Source: an uncultured Gemmatimonadales bacterium (GTDB lineage: Bacteria > Gemmatimonadota > Gemmatimonadetes > Palauibacterales > Palauibacteraceae). From it: 64,000 nt of DNA. A program made the translations under genes and the position numbers. Positions 9,933 to 19,838 of the stretch are shown in pieces. The stretch lies in the NCBI GenBank assembly GCA_963783385.1, contig CAWANJ010000002.1, forward strand, positions 96,001-160,000, given 5' to 3'. Each line of letters starts with the position of its first letter. The first letter of the stretch is position 1. Under the pieces are notes generated by a model. It was not told the origin of the DNA and searched no databases. It was given only the letters and a program-made list of their open reading frames with translations.

Positions 9933-11219
9933 CTACACCGCCTCGAGCGCCTGCTCGAGATCGGCGATGAGGTCCTGCGGCGCCTCGATGCCGACCGACA
10001 GCCGCACGAGCCCCGGAGTGATGCCCATGCGCTCGCGCTCGACCGGCTCGATGTCCGAGTGCGTCATGGTCCCCGGGTGCTCGGCCAGGCTTTCCGTGCC
10101 CCCGAGGCTCACCGCGAGCTTGACCAGCTCGAGCCGGTCGAGGAAGCGGAACGCCTCCTCCTCCCCGCCGTCGATCTCGAATGAGAAGGTGCTCCCCGGG
10201 GCCACGCACTGCCGCTCGTAGATCTCCCGCTGCGGGCCGTGCTCGGGGAGGAAGCCCAGGTAGTGCACGTTCCGGATGCGCGGGTGGTCCCGGAGGAACT
10301 CGGCCACGTAGCGGGCGTTCTTCATCTGGCTCGTCATGCGCAGCTTCACCGTCTCGAGGCTTCGCATGAGGAGCCAGCCGGTGTGCGGGTCGCACATGGT
10401 GCCGAGGATGGTCCGCATGCCGCGCACGGGCGACACGTGCTCCTCCGCACCCACGCAGGCCCCGGCGATGACGTCCGAATGTCCGCCCACGTACTTGGTC
10501 AGGGAGTAGAGGACCAGGTCGGCTCCGTGCCGGAGCGGCTGCTGCCACAGGGGTCCCAGGAAGGTGTTGTCCACGGCGACCAGCGGTCGTCCCCCCTCCT
10601 GGCCCGAGAGCGCCCGCGCCGCCTCGGAGCAGGCCTCGATGTCCACCAGGGCGTTGGTCGGGTTGGCCGGCGTCTCCAGGTAGACGAGCCCGACCCGGCC
10701 CGACGCGGCGGCCTCGCGGATCGTGCGCGTGGACGCCTCGCGATCGGCGGCCCGGAAGCCCTCGTGCCGAATCCCGAACTGGGGCAGGATCCGGTTCAGG
10801 AGGAAGTCCGTGCCACCGTATACGGGCTCGCTGTGCACGACTATGTCTCCCGGCCTCAGGAAGGTGAGGAGGGCGGTGGAGATGGCCGCCATGCCGCTCG
10901 AGAACACGAGGCCGGAGTCGGCCCCGTCCCACAGCGTGAGGCGGTCCTCGAGGATCTCGAGGTCGGGGTTGTTGATCCGCGAGTAGATGAGGCCCGGCTC
11001 CTCGGCCGGCGCGCGCTCCCTGAGGCCGTAGGCCAGTTCGAAGAACGCCTTGCCGTCCTCGGCGCTCTCGAACACGAAGGTCGAAGTCAGGAACAGCGGG
11101 CACTTCACGGCCCCCTCGGACAGGGACGGGTCGTACCCGTAGCTCATCATGAGCGACTCGGGACGTAGAGCCCGGTCGCCGATCATCCTCTGGTGGCGGA
11201 GCTTTCCCGGTTTGGTCAT
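9933..11219 (-). CDS. Cystathionine gamma-synthase/methionine gamma-lyase family PLP enzyme
   Basis: YSRINNP, FSSGMAAI, YLETPANPT, VDNTF, YSLTKYVGGHSD (PLP lysine) and AVSLGGTESL. Confidence 0.92.
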   Translation of the reverse strand: MTKPGKLRHQRMIGDRALRPESLMMSYGYDPSLSEGAVKCPLFLTSTFVFESAEDGKAFFELAYGLRERAPAEEPGLIYSRINNPDLEILEDRLTLWDGADSGLVFSSGMAAISTALLTFLRPGDIVVHSEPVYGGTDFLLNRILPQFGIRHEGFRAADREASTRTIREAAASGRVGLVYLETPANPTNALVDIEACSEAARALSGQEGGRPLVAVDNTFLGPLWQQPLRHGADLVLYSLTKYVGGHSDVIAGACVGAEEHVSPVRGMRTILGTMCDPHTGWLLMRSLETVKLRMTSQMKNARYVAEFLRDHPRIRNVHYLGFLPEHGPQREIYERQCVAPGSTFSFEIDGGEEEAFRFLDRLELVKLAVSLGGTESLAEHPGTMTHSDIEPVERERMGITPGLVRLSVGIEAPQDLIADLEQALEAV

Positions 11220-11419
11220 GGCGATCCATGCCCTCGTTGAGTGCGTGCGTCCGGATCGGTTCGGGTCGGGAGGCGATCGGTGCGGATGGCCGCCCGGGCG
11301 AAGCTGGGCGCGTCGCAGGGGAGGGGCAAGGCGGAGAGGCGGCGAACCGGCCGCCCGCGGGAGGTCAGGGAGCGAATGGGCCCGTGGGCGAGCGCCGGGC
11401 CGCGGGGGGGCGGCGCTCG

Positions 11420-11575
11420 TCAGGCGCCGTCGGCGTTCTTCTTCTTGGGAAAGGCGACGCCGAGGACGACGCCCGCTACGAGCCCGATCGCCAGGCCCAC
11501 CGTTCCGTGGTGGAGGGCCAGGCCGACCGCCCAGGCGACGCCGGTCGCCAACCCGATCCACGTCGCCATTCTCAC
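11420..11575 (-). CDS. Small 51-aa two-TM membrane protein (not in ORF track)
   Basis: Manual translation MRMATWIGLATGVAWAVGLALHHGTVGLAIGLVAGVVLGVAFPKKKNADGA*. AGGAG lies upstream, the body is Gly-rich and hydrophobic, and the tail is basic. Confidence 0.6.
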   Translation of the reverse strand: MRMATWIGLATGVAWAVGLALHHGTVGLAIGLVAGVVLGVAFPKKKNADGA

Positions 11576-11736
11576 CTCGGTCGGCTCCTGTTGAGGAGCG
11601 GGCCGAAGGGCGGGCGATCGGGCGGACGCGTGGGTCCGCGTCGCGTCGTCGGTGGCGGCGGTGCGAAAGCCGGGCGGAACATCGTCTCTTCTCCCGTTCG
11701 GGGACCGTGGTGTGTCCTTCTCGCTGTCGATCCTCC

Positions 11737-12123
11737 CTACGAGCGAGGCCGGGCCCCGGTTTCGTGGCGCGTCGTCCAGGCCGCTCCCAGCCAGTCCCCC
11801 AGGAGGGCGGCGGGCGCCATGAGGAGGAGGACGGCCAGCTGCGCCACGGTCGAGGCATCATCGGGGCGCTCCATGATGGACACCACGGCGCCGGCCGCGA
11901 TCACCAGGGCAAGGGAGAGGGCCGCGATCCGGTGCCGATCGCGTGCGATCCGACCCGCCAGCAGCCCCGCCACGACCGCGAACGTGATCCCGTACAGGAC
12001 CCGGCCGAGCAGGAAGGAGAGGGTCGCGGCCGCGTGCGGGTCGCGGCCGGTGAGGAGGAACAGGACCAGCGTCGAGAACGCGAACACGACGTAGCCCGCC
12101 ACGACGCCCAGCGCGATGCGCAC
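11737..12123 (-). CDS. Hypothetical 4-TM membrane protein
   Basis: GTG start after GGGAG. Four hydrophobic stretches, from RIALGVVAGYVVFAFSTLVLF to LLMAPAALLGDWL. Confidence 0.7.
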   Translation of the reverse strand: MRIALGVVAGYVVFAFSTLVLFLLTGRDPHAAATLSFLLGRVLYGITFAVVAGLLAGRIARDRHRIAALSLALVIAAGAVVSIMERPDDASTVAQLAVLLLMAPAALLGDWLGAAWTTRHETGARPRS

Positions 12124-12296
12124 GAGGTCGCTCCCGGTCGGAGGTGAGCTTCCGGCTCCCCCCAACCTACGGCGGGGACAGCGGTCGCCGGAAGGGCCGG
12201 GCTGCCCCATACTGTAGCCGCTCGACCGGCGGCCCCGGTGCGGTCTCGCCGGTCCCGGCGCGACGCTCCTACGTTCCAGGCGACCAGGAGGCAGCG

Positions 12297-13223
12297 GTGC
12301 TCACCGTCCAGGACCTCGTCAAGGTCTACCCCGGCCCCGTGGCGGCGCTGCGGGGCGTCTCTCTGGAGATCGGAGACGGGATGTTCGGCCTCCTGGGTCC
12401 GAACGGCGCCGGCAAGACGACCCTGATGAAGATCGTGGCGGGCGTGCTCGAGGCCACGGCCGGCTCGGTGGACCTGGACGGGCACGACGTGCTGGACCAT
12501 CCGGACTACGTGTGGGAGCGGCTCGGCTACCTGCCGCAGGAGTTCGGGTTCTACCCGCACCTGTCCGGCCGGGAGATGCTCGAGCACCTGCTTCGCCTCA
12601 AGGGGGTCGTCGCCCCGGAGGGCATGCGCTCCCTGTGCGACGCTCTCCTCGAGGAGGTCAACCTGCTCGAGGAGGGGAGCCGAAAGGTGAAGAGCTACTC
12701 GGGCGGAATGCGACAGAGGCTGGGCATCGCCCAGGCGCTGGCGGGCGACCCCCGGCTCATCATCGTCGACGAGCCGACCGCCGGCCTCGACCCCGAGGAG
12801 AGGAACCGCTTCTACCGTCTCCTGGCGCGGCTGGCCGAGAACCGGATCGTGCTGCTCTCGACCCACATCGTCGAGGACGTCTCCGTGCTGTGCCCCCGCT
12901 TCGCCATCATCCACCAGGGGCGCCTGGTGGAGGAGACGACACCGGCGGAGGCCCGGGCGGCCGTGGCCGGCCTGGTGTTCGAGGGACGGGTCGAGCCGGA
13001 ACGGGTCGACGCCCTGGAGCGAGGCGGCCAGGTGGTGCGCTCCGTCGTGTCCGAGGGTCGCCACCACGTTCGGCTGTACGTTCCGAACGGCCGTCCCCCC
13101 GAGGGCTTCGAGTCCGCCGAGCCCACCCTGGAGGACGCCTACCTGGTGACGATCCGGCGCGCCTCGGGTCGCCTCGCGGTGGAGGATCCGGAGGGCGTCG
13201 GGGTTCCGGTCACCCCGGCATGA
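12297..13223 (+). CDS. ABC transporter ATP-binding protein
   Basis: GPNGAGKTT Walker A, YSGGMRQR signature and IIVDEP Walker B. Confidence 0.95.
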   Translation: MLTVQDLVKVYPGPVAALRGVSLEIGDGMFGLLGPNGAGKTTLMKIVAGVLEATAGSVDLDGHDVLDHPDYVWERLGYLPQEFGFYPHLSGREMLEHLLRLKGVVAPEGMRSLCDALLEEVNLLEEGSRKVKSYSGGMRQRLGIAQALAGDPRLIIVDEPTAGLDPEERNRFYRLLARLAENRIVLLSTHIVEDVSVLCPRFAIIHQGRLVEETTPAEARAAVAGLVFEGRVEPERVDALERGGQVVRSVVSEGRHHVRLYVPNGRPPEGFESAEPTLEDAYLVTIRRASGRLAVEDPEGVGVPVTPA

Positions 13224-16200
13224 GCCTCTCCCGACTCGGACGCACCTTCCGGCTCGACCTGGGGCGGCACCTGCGGCGGCCCCTGTTCTGGATCTGGCTG
13301 CTGGTTCTTCTCCTGCTCGCGTGGGGCATGTCGACCGGCTCGGTCCGCATCCAGACAGGCGACACGCAGGTGGGCGGAACCCGGGCGTGGATCACCTCCG
13401 AGTTCGCGCTCGCCCAGATCCTCTCCGCCACGATCTTCACGTTCTACGTGTTCTTCGTGGCCGCCCTGGCCGGGACCACCGTGGTGCAGGACGAGGACGA
13501 GTGGAGGGTGGGGCCGCTTCTCCACGCGACGCCGCTCACCGCGGGCGAGTACATCGGCGGGAAGGCCCTGGCCGTGCTCGCCACGATCCTGGTGGTCCTG
13601 GTGGCGCACCTGGGGTTCATGGCCCTCTTCAACCACCTGGTGCCGACGGTCGGCCACGCCGACATCCACGGGCCGTTCTCGGCGCTCAACTACCTGATCC
13701 CGGCCGCGGTGTTCGGGCTGCCGTCGCTGGTCGGGGTCGCCGGGGTGAGCTTCTGGATCGGAACCCGCACCCGCCGGCCGGTCCTGGTCTACCTGTTTCC
13801 GTTGGTGCTCGTGGCCGCGATCGTCTTCCTGTGGGAGTGGACGCCCACCTGGCTCGATCCGCGGGTCGATCGACTGCTGATGTGGGTGGATCCGAGCGGG
13901 TTCCGCTGGCTCAACCAGACGTGGCTCAGGGTCGACCGCGGAGTCGAGTTCTACAACACGGGCTCGATCACCTTCTCCGCCGGCTTCCTGGTCAGCCGGG
14001 CCGCGTGGGCGGGTCTCGGGGTGGCGGCTCTGTGGTGGACGGAGCGGAGCTTCGCACGGTCCCTGCGCGGGCCGGACGCCGGCCCGTCCGCCGTCGCGGC
14101 CGCCCTGGCCGGCGACGCCAGGTCTCCCGGCCGGGCCCCCTCGCCGGAGGCATCGTGGCGCGGCGCCGCCCCGTGGGCGGCCGACCGACTCGGGGGTCAC
14201 GGAGGGAAGCCGTGGGTGGGCCTGGCAACGCTGCGGGTGGCGCGGTCCGAGATCCGGGAGCTGTTCGCCTCCCCGGCCCTGTACGTGTTCTCGTTCCTCG
14301 TCCTGAGCCAGGTGCTCGGAAACGCGCTCGTCGGCGTGGGGCCGTTCGGAACCCGTGTGCTGGCCACGCCGGGCGAGGTGGCGGTTCGCGGGAGCGACAC
14401 GCTGGCCCTCCTCGTCTGCCTCCTCCTCGTGTTCTACACCGTCGACGTGCTCGAGCGGGACCGCTCCAGCGGGCTCCTGTCGCTGTCTCGCGCCCTGCCG
14501 GTGGGCGAGGGCGTCAGGGTGGTCGGCAAGGCGCTGGCCGTGCTGGCCCTGCCGGTCGTGGTGCTGGTGGCCGCCGTGCTGGGCGGGGCGGTCGCGATCC
14601 TCGTGCAACACACGGTCCCCGTTCGGATCGGTCCGTTCGCGTGGGTGTGGGGCGTGGGACTCATGCCCACCTTCCTGGTGTGGGTCGCCTTCCTGGCTGC
14701 CGTGCACGGCCTCACGGACAGCCGCGGGGCCACGTGGGCTGTGGGTCTCGGCGTGATCGGCCTCACGCTGTACCGCCAGGTGGCCGGCCACGGCACGTGG
14801 CTCACCAACTGGATGCTGTGGAGCTCCATGAACTGGACCGACATGGGGCTCTTCCCCCTGAACCGTACCCCCTTCCTCCTCAACCGGCTGTTCTACGTGG
14901 CGCTCGCCGTGCTCCTGCTGGCGCTGGCGGCGGCGTGGGGGCGGCGTCGGGAGCCCGATGCGGTGGCCTGGTGGCGGCGGCTGGAGCCGGGCCGCCTGTC
15001 CCTCGGAGTCCTGCGCCTCTCGCCCCTGGCCGTCGGACCGGTGGCGGTGGGGCTGGCCCTGTGGCTGGGCGTCCAGCACGGCTTCCAGGGAGCGAAGGCC
15101 GAGAAGCAGGCGGCGGACTACTGGAAGAAGAACGTGGCCACCTACTGGCACGTGGCCACGCCGCCGGTCGCTCACGTGGACCTCGACCTGCGCCTGTGGC
15201 CGGGCCGCGGGCGCCTGCGGAGTGCCGGCACGCTGGTCCTGGTGAACCGCCAGGACACCACCCTCCGCCGCGTGCCGCTGACCGGCGGCTTCTTCTGGGA
15301 GCACCCGACCTGGACCGTGGACGGGGACTCCGTCCAGCCGGAGGATCGGGCCGGCCTGTACGTGTTCTACCCCGACTCCGGCCTCGCGCCGGGCGATACC
15401 CTGCGGGTGGGCTGGCGCTACTCCGGTCGGTACCCGGACGGATGGACCAAGGACGGCGGCGGCACGGGCACCTTCGTGCTCCCGGCGGGCGTGGTCCTGA
15501 CCTCGTTCGGCCCGATGCTGACGCCGATCCCCGGTTACGTGCCCGGCATCGGGAGCTCCAGGGAGCGGGCGTACGAGGCTCGCGACTGGCCCGATCGGTT
15601 CTGGGAGGGGCGGAACCCTCCGGCCTTCGGCGCCTCCACGCCCTTCTCGGCCCGCATACGCATCCAGGGTCCGCCGTCCTTCACCTACAACTCGGTGGGG
15701 CGCCGGGTGGCCGACAGCGTCACGGACAGTCTGCGCACGGTCGTGTGGGAGACGGACCACCCGGTCCGCTTCTTCAACGTCGTCGCGGGCCGCTGGGCCG
15801 TTCGAGAGGGCGACGGTACGGAGGTGTTCTACCACCCGGCGCACACGTACGATCTCGATGAGATCGCCTCGGCCCTCCAGGCGGCGCGGCGCGACTACTC
15901 CCGCTGGTTCGCGCCCTATCCGTGGGAGGAGCTCAAGTTGAGCGAGTTCCCGGACCTGGCCACCTACGCGCAGGGCTTCCCCACCGACATCACCTTCTCG
16001 GAGGGCATCGGCTTCCTGGCCAGGAAGGGAGACTGGGAGCTGGCGCCGTACATGGTCACTGCGCACGAGTCCGCCCACCAGTGGTGGGGCAACATGGTGA
16101 CGCCGGGCGAGGGTCCGGGCGGCAACGTGCTGTCCGAAGGGCTGGCGCACTTCTCGACGGCCATGCTGCTCCAGGCCGAGAAGGGAGACACGATCCGCCG

Positions 16201-16919
16201 AGAGTTCATGCGCCGCATCGAGTCCGACTACGCGGACTCGCGGCGGCCCGACCAGGAGCGGCCCCTCGTGTGGACGGACGGTTCGCGCTCGGGAGACCGC
16301 GCGGTCACCTACGACAAGGGCGGCTGGGCCTTCTGGATGCTCATGGAGCACATGGGTCGGGAGCGCATGCTGGAGGGGCTGCGCGACTACGTGGCACGCT
16401 ATCGCGACGGGCCCGACTATCCCCTCCTGCCCGACTTCCTGCTCGTGATGCGGAGCCACGCGCGCGACGTGGACTCGTTCAACGCCTTCGTGCAGCGCTG
16501 GTTCTGGGAGGTGAAGGTCCCCGAGTACCGGGTGAGCCGGGCGGAAGCGCGGCCGGACGGGCAGGGAGGCTGGGAGACGCGGGTCAGCCTCCACAACGAC
16601 GGGACCGGGGAGCCTCCGGTGGAGCTGGCGGTCGTGGCCGGAAAGCGGGACTCCCTGGCGTCGGAGGGGGCGGACGAGCCCGGCCGGGTCAGGGCCGGAC
16701 TCGGCCGGGCCGGAGCCGAGCGAGGGCGATTCGGTGGCGGCGGACTCCGCGGCCGCCTCGGTCACGGTGCGGGTGCCCGCCGGGGGCGACACCACGGTCG
16801 TCGTGCCGTCCGCCTTCCGGCCGGAACGCGCGGTCGTCGACCCCGACGTCCGACTCCTGATGCTCGGCCGGAAGTCGGCGTGGCGGAAAGTGTCGGTGCG
16901 CGAAGACTCGTCGGGCTGA
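13220..16919 (+). CDS. ABC-2 permease / M1 zinc aminopeptidase fusion (apparent frameshift at about 16665-16682)
   Basis: Two multi-TM permease blocks are followed by YAQGFP, TAHESAHQWWGN (HExxH), LSEGLAHF and VTYDKGG. The natural C-terminus RPERAVVDPDVRLL lies in the frame of ORF 16734..16919. Confidence 0.88.
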
Positions 16920-16970
16920 CGGGGGCGAGCGGGCTGGACGCGCACCGCGGCGCGCCAGACGGGACCCCGG

Positions 16971-17873
16971 TCAGGAGGTGGGCGGCCCGGCGCTCTCTTC
17001 GCTCCGGCCCAGGGCCTCGACCACCTCACGGTCCAGGTGCAGGTCGAGCTGTGGGAAGGCAATCGTGATGCCGGCGGCCTTCAGCGCCTTCCACGTGGCC
17101 TGCTGGAGCTCGGAGAGGACGATGCGTGCGTTCCACGGATCGTCGATCCACACCGACGTCTCCCAGTCCACCGATGACGATCCGAAGCCGGTGAGCAGCA
17201 CGAGGGGCTTGCGGGCGGAGTGGCGGCCGGGGAAGCCCTCCGCGACGCCTTCCAGCACCTCCCGGACCTTGACCATGTCCGATCCGTAGCTCACGCCCAC
17301 GGGGGCCCGCACCCGGTAGATCGAGTCCCTCATCGTGAAGTTCTTGACCGTGGAGGCCACCAGGATGGAGTTCGGGACGATCAGCTCCTCGTCGTCCCGG
17401 GTCCGGCCCACGGTCGAGCGGATCATCATCTCCTCGATCCGGATCACCTGGCCGTCGACCTCGAGCACGTCCCCCGGCTGGATGGAGCGCTCGACCAGGA
17501 GGATGACGCCGGAGACGAAGTTCTGCGCGATGTTCTGCATCGCGAAGCCGATGGCCACCGCGAACAGGGCGCCCGCCGCGAACAGGGCCGACACGTTCAG
17601 GCCCACCACGTCCAGGGCGAGGAGGGTGGCCACGAGCATGATCGTGTAATGCGCGAGCCGCTGGCTCACCTGCGCGCCGTGCCGGCGGTGGGCCCCCGTG
17701 CCCCCGACGAGGCGCTGGACCGCCCGGCGGACGAGCAAGGAAAGGATCCACCCCACGGCCAGGACGAGCAGGGCCGAGAGGATCGACCCCAGCGTGACGT
17801 CGGTTCCGGCGAGCCGGAAGAGGGTCGCGTCCATGATGTCTCGGACGGCCTGGAGGAGCTCGCTCCAGTTCAT
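16971..17873 (-). CDS. MscS-family small-conductance mechanosensitive channel
   Basis: IGFAMQNIAQNFVSGVILLVERSIQPGD, IVPNS, VGVSYGSD and ITIAFPQLDLH. Confidence 0.92.
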   Translation of the reverse strand: MNWSELLQAVRDIMDATLFRLAGTDVTLGSILSALLVLAVGWILSLLVRRAVQRLVGGTGAHRRHGAQVSQRLAHYTIMLVATLLALDVVGLNVSALFAAGALFAVAIGFAMQNIAQNFVSGVILLVERSIQPGDVLEVDGQVIRIEEMMIRSTVGRTRDDEELIVPNSILVASTVKNFTMRDSIYRVRAPVGVSYGSDMVKVREVLEGVAEGFPGRHSARKPLVLLTGFGSSSVDWETSVWIDDPWNARIVLSELQQATWKALKAAGITIAFPQLDLHLDREVVEALGRSEESAGPPTS

Positions 17874-18111
17874 GTCGGCACCCTCGAGGACGTAGACGCG
17901 GCTACCCCGTTCGAGCGCCCGCGCGGGCGGCGTCATCGAACCGACGGGGACACCATGCAGGAGACAGCACCGCCGCGGGGACCGCAAGGTCCGAGGGTGG
18001 CGCACCTCTTGCTCGCGGTAGGCCGGGCCTCCGATCCGGGACGTGCGGACCGTCGGGGGACCCGCGAACTGTCGTGCTCATCGAGCGGATCCGAATTCAT
18101 GGAGGTCCACC

Positions 18112-18951
18112 ATGCAGGTAGGCGCTGGCGATCTGACCGCCGCGGTCGTGCAGACGGTGTCGACCTGGGGGCTGCGCGTGCTGGGCGCGGTGGCGGTGCT
18201 GGTGGTCGGCTGGAGCGCCGCCAAGTGGGCGCGGCGACTGGTGCGCCGGGCGCTGGAGCACACGAGGACGGAGCCGGTGCTGGTCGGGTTCGTCAGTGGT
18301 CTGGTCTACTACGGACTTCTGGCGTTCGTGATGCTCGCCGTGCTGAACCTGTTCGGCATCCAGACCACCGCCTTCGTGGCGGTGCTGGGTGCCGCAGGCT
18401 TCGCGATCGGATTGGCCTTCCAGGGCACGCTGGGGAACTTCTCGGCCGGCGTCATGCTGCTGGTGTTCCGGCCCTTCTCGGCGGGCGACTTCGTGGAGGC
18501 CGGCGGCGTGTCCGGGACCGTGAGGGACATCGGCCTGTTCGCGACCCGCCTGGACACGCCGGACAACGTCCGGATCCTCGTGCCCAACTCCGAGGTGTTC
18601 GGCAACGTGATCCGCAACTTCAACGGCAACGACACCCGTCGACTGGACCTGGAAGTGGGCATCGACTACGAGGACGACATCGGCACCGCGATCGCCGCGT
18701 GCGAGGAGCTCCTCGCCGGGGAGGCTCGGGTCCTTTCCGAGCCGGCGCCCGTGGTGGCGGTGGCGGGGCTGGGGGACTCCTCCGTGAACCTCATGGTGCG
18801 GCCCTGGTGCCGGGTGGAGGACTACTGGCCACTGCGCGCCGACCTGACGAGGGGGCTCAAGGAGGGGCTCGAAGCGGCGGGGTGCAGCCTTCCGTTCCCG
18901 CAGCGCGACGTGCACATGTTCCGGGCCGGCACGGCCGGGGAGGGCGGGTGA
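18112..18951 (+). CDS. mscS: MscS-family mechanosensitive channel
   Basis: GAAGFAIGLAFQGTLGNFSAGVMLLVFRPF and LPFPQRDVH. GGAGG RBS before the ATG at 18112. Confidence 0.9.
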   Translation: MQVGAGDLTAAVVQTVSTWGLRVLGAVAVLVVGWSAAKWARRLVRRALEHTRTEPVLVGFVSGLVYYGLLAFVMLAVLNLFGIQTTAFVAVLGAAGFAIGLAFQGTLGNFSAGVMLLVFRPFSAGDFVEAGGVSGTVRDIGLFATRLDTPDNVRILVPNSEVFGNVIRNFNGNDTRRLDLEVGIDYEDDIGTAIAACEELLAGEARVLSEPAPVVAVAGLGDSSVNLMVRPWCRVEDYWPLRADLTRGLKEGLEAAGCSLPFPQRDVHMFRAGTAGEGG

Positions 18952-19760
18952 GCCGGGGGGCGGTCCTCGGCGCCGCGGCGCTCGCGGCCGGCCTCGTGCT
19001 GGCGCGCCCCGCGACGATCCGGGCGCAGGACGGTCCCTCGGAGTGGAGGCTGGACGCGTTCGGGGCCGGCCCGGCGGCGGCTCCCACCGACAGCACCGGC
19101 TGGGGCGGCAACGCCGACCTCGGGTTCACGCTCACCGCGGGCAACTCCAGGACCACGAACCTGTCCATCGGCGGCAAGGTGGCCTACCGCCCCAGGCGCC
19201 AGGCCTGGACCCTGAGCGGACAGTACCTGCGGGCCACCACGGACGGCGACCAGACCGCCAACCGGGGCACGGGAGCGCTCCAGTACGACTTCTATCCGAC
19301 ATCGCGCTTCTTCCTGTTCGGGCGCGCGCAGGCGGGCTTCGACAAGCCCGCCGGCCTGTCACGTCGGCTGGCTCCGGCCCTCGGCGTCGGCTACCGGGTC
19401 GTGGCCACCGACAGGGTGAACGTGAGCGTCCAGGGGGGAGGGAGCTGGATCCAGGACCGCTTCGTGAACGACTCGACGGACGCGGCCGTGCACGCCGCGG
19501 TCGGGCAGGACCTCACGTGGTCGGTGAGCGAGACGACGGACTTCACCCAGTCGGTGACCTGGAATCCCAGGGCCTCGGACTTCGGCCAGTACCTGTTGCA
19601 CGGGGAGGCGGGGCTCACCACCCGGATCGTGGGCGGGCTGGGTCTCACCGTGAACTTCCAGGACGACTACAACGCCAATCCGTACGTCGACCCCGACACG
19701 GGGCTTCCGAGGAAGAAGAACGACCTCACCCTGGTGACCGGCGTGAGCTACAAGTTCTGA
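18948..19760 (+). CDS. DUF481 (YdiY-like) outer-membrane beta-barrel protein
   Basis: Signal peptide, WGGNADLGFTLTAGNS, alternating beta strands and terminal GVSYKF. GTGA overlap with mscS. Confidence 0.82.
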   Translation: MSRGAVLGAAALAAGLVLARPATIRAQDGPSEWRLDAFGAGPAAAPTDSTGWGGNADLGFTLTAGNSRTTNLSIGGKVAYRPRRQAWTLSGQYLRATTDGDQTANRGTGALQYDFYPTSRFFLFGRAQAGFDKPAGLSRRLAPALGVGYRVVATDRVNVSVQGGGSWIQDRFVNDSTDAAVHAAVGQDLTWSVSETTDFTQSVTWNPRASDFGQYLLHGEAGLTTRIVGGLGLTVNFQDDYNANPYVDPDTGLPRKKNDLTLVTGVSYKF

Positions 19761-19838
19761 GGCGTCGGGGGACTCCGGGCGCCTCCCGTCTCCCCTCCGG
19801 AGGTCGCCCGGCCTCGAGCCTCCCGCGCCGGGTCCGGG

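Noticed and set aside
19761-19838. Weak similarity of ctcccgtctcccctcc to the 33712 repeat arm
   Set aside because: It is a short, low-complexity pyrimidine tract and is not convincing as a second copy.
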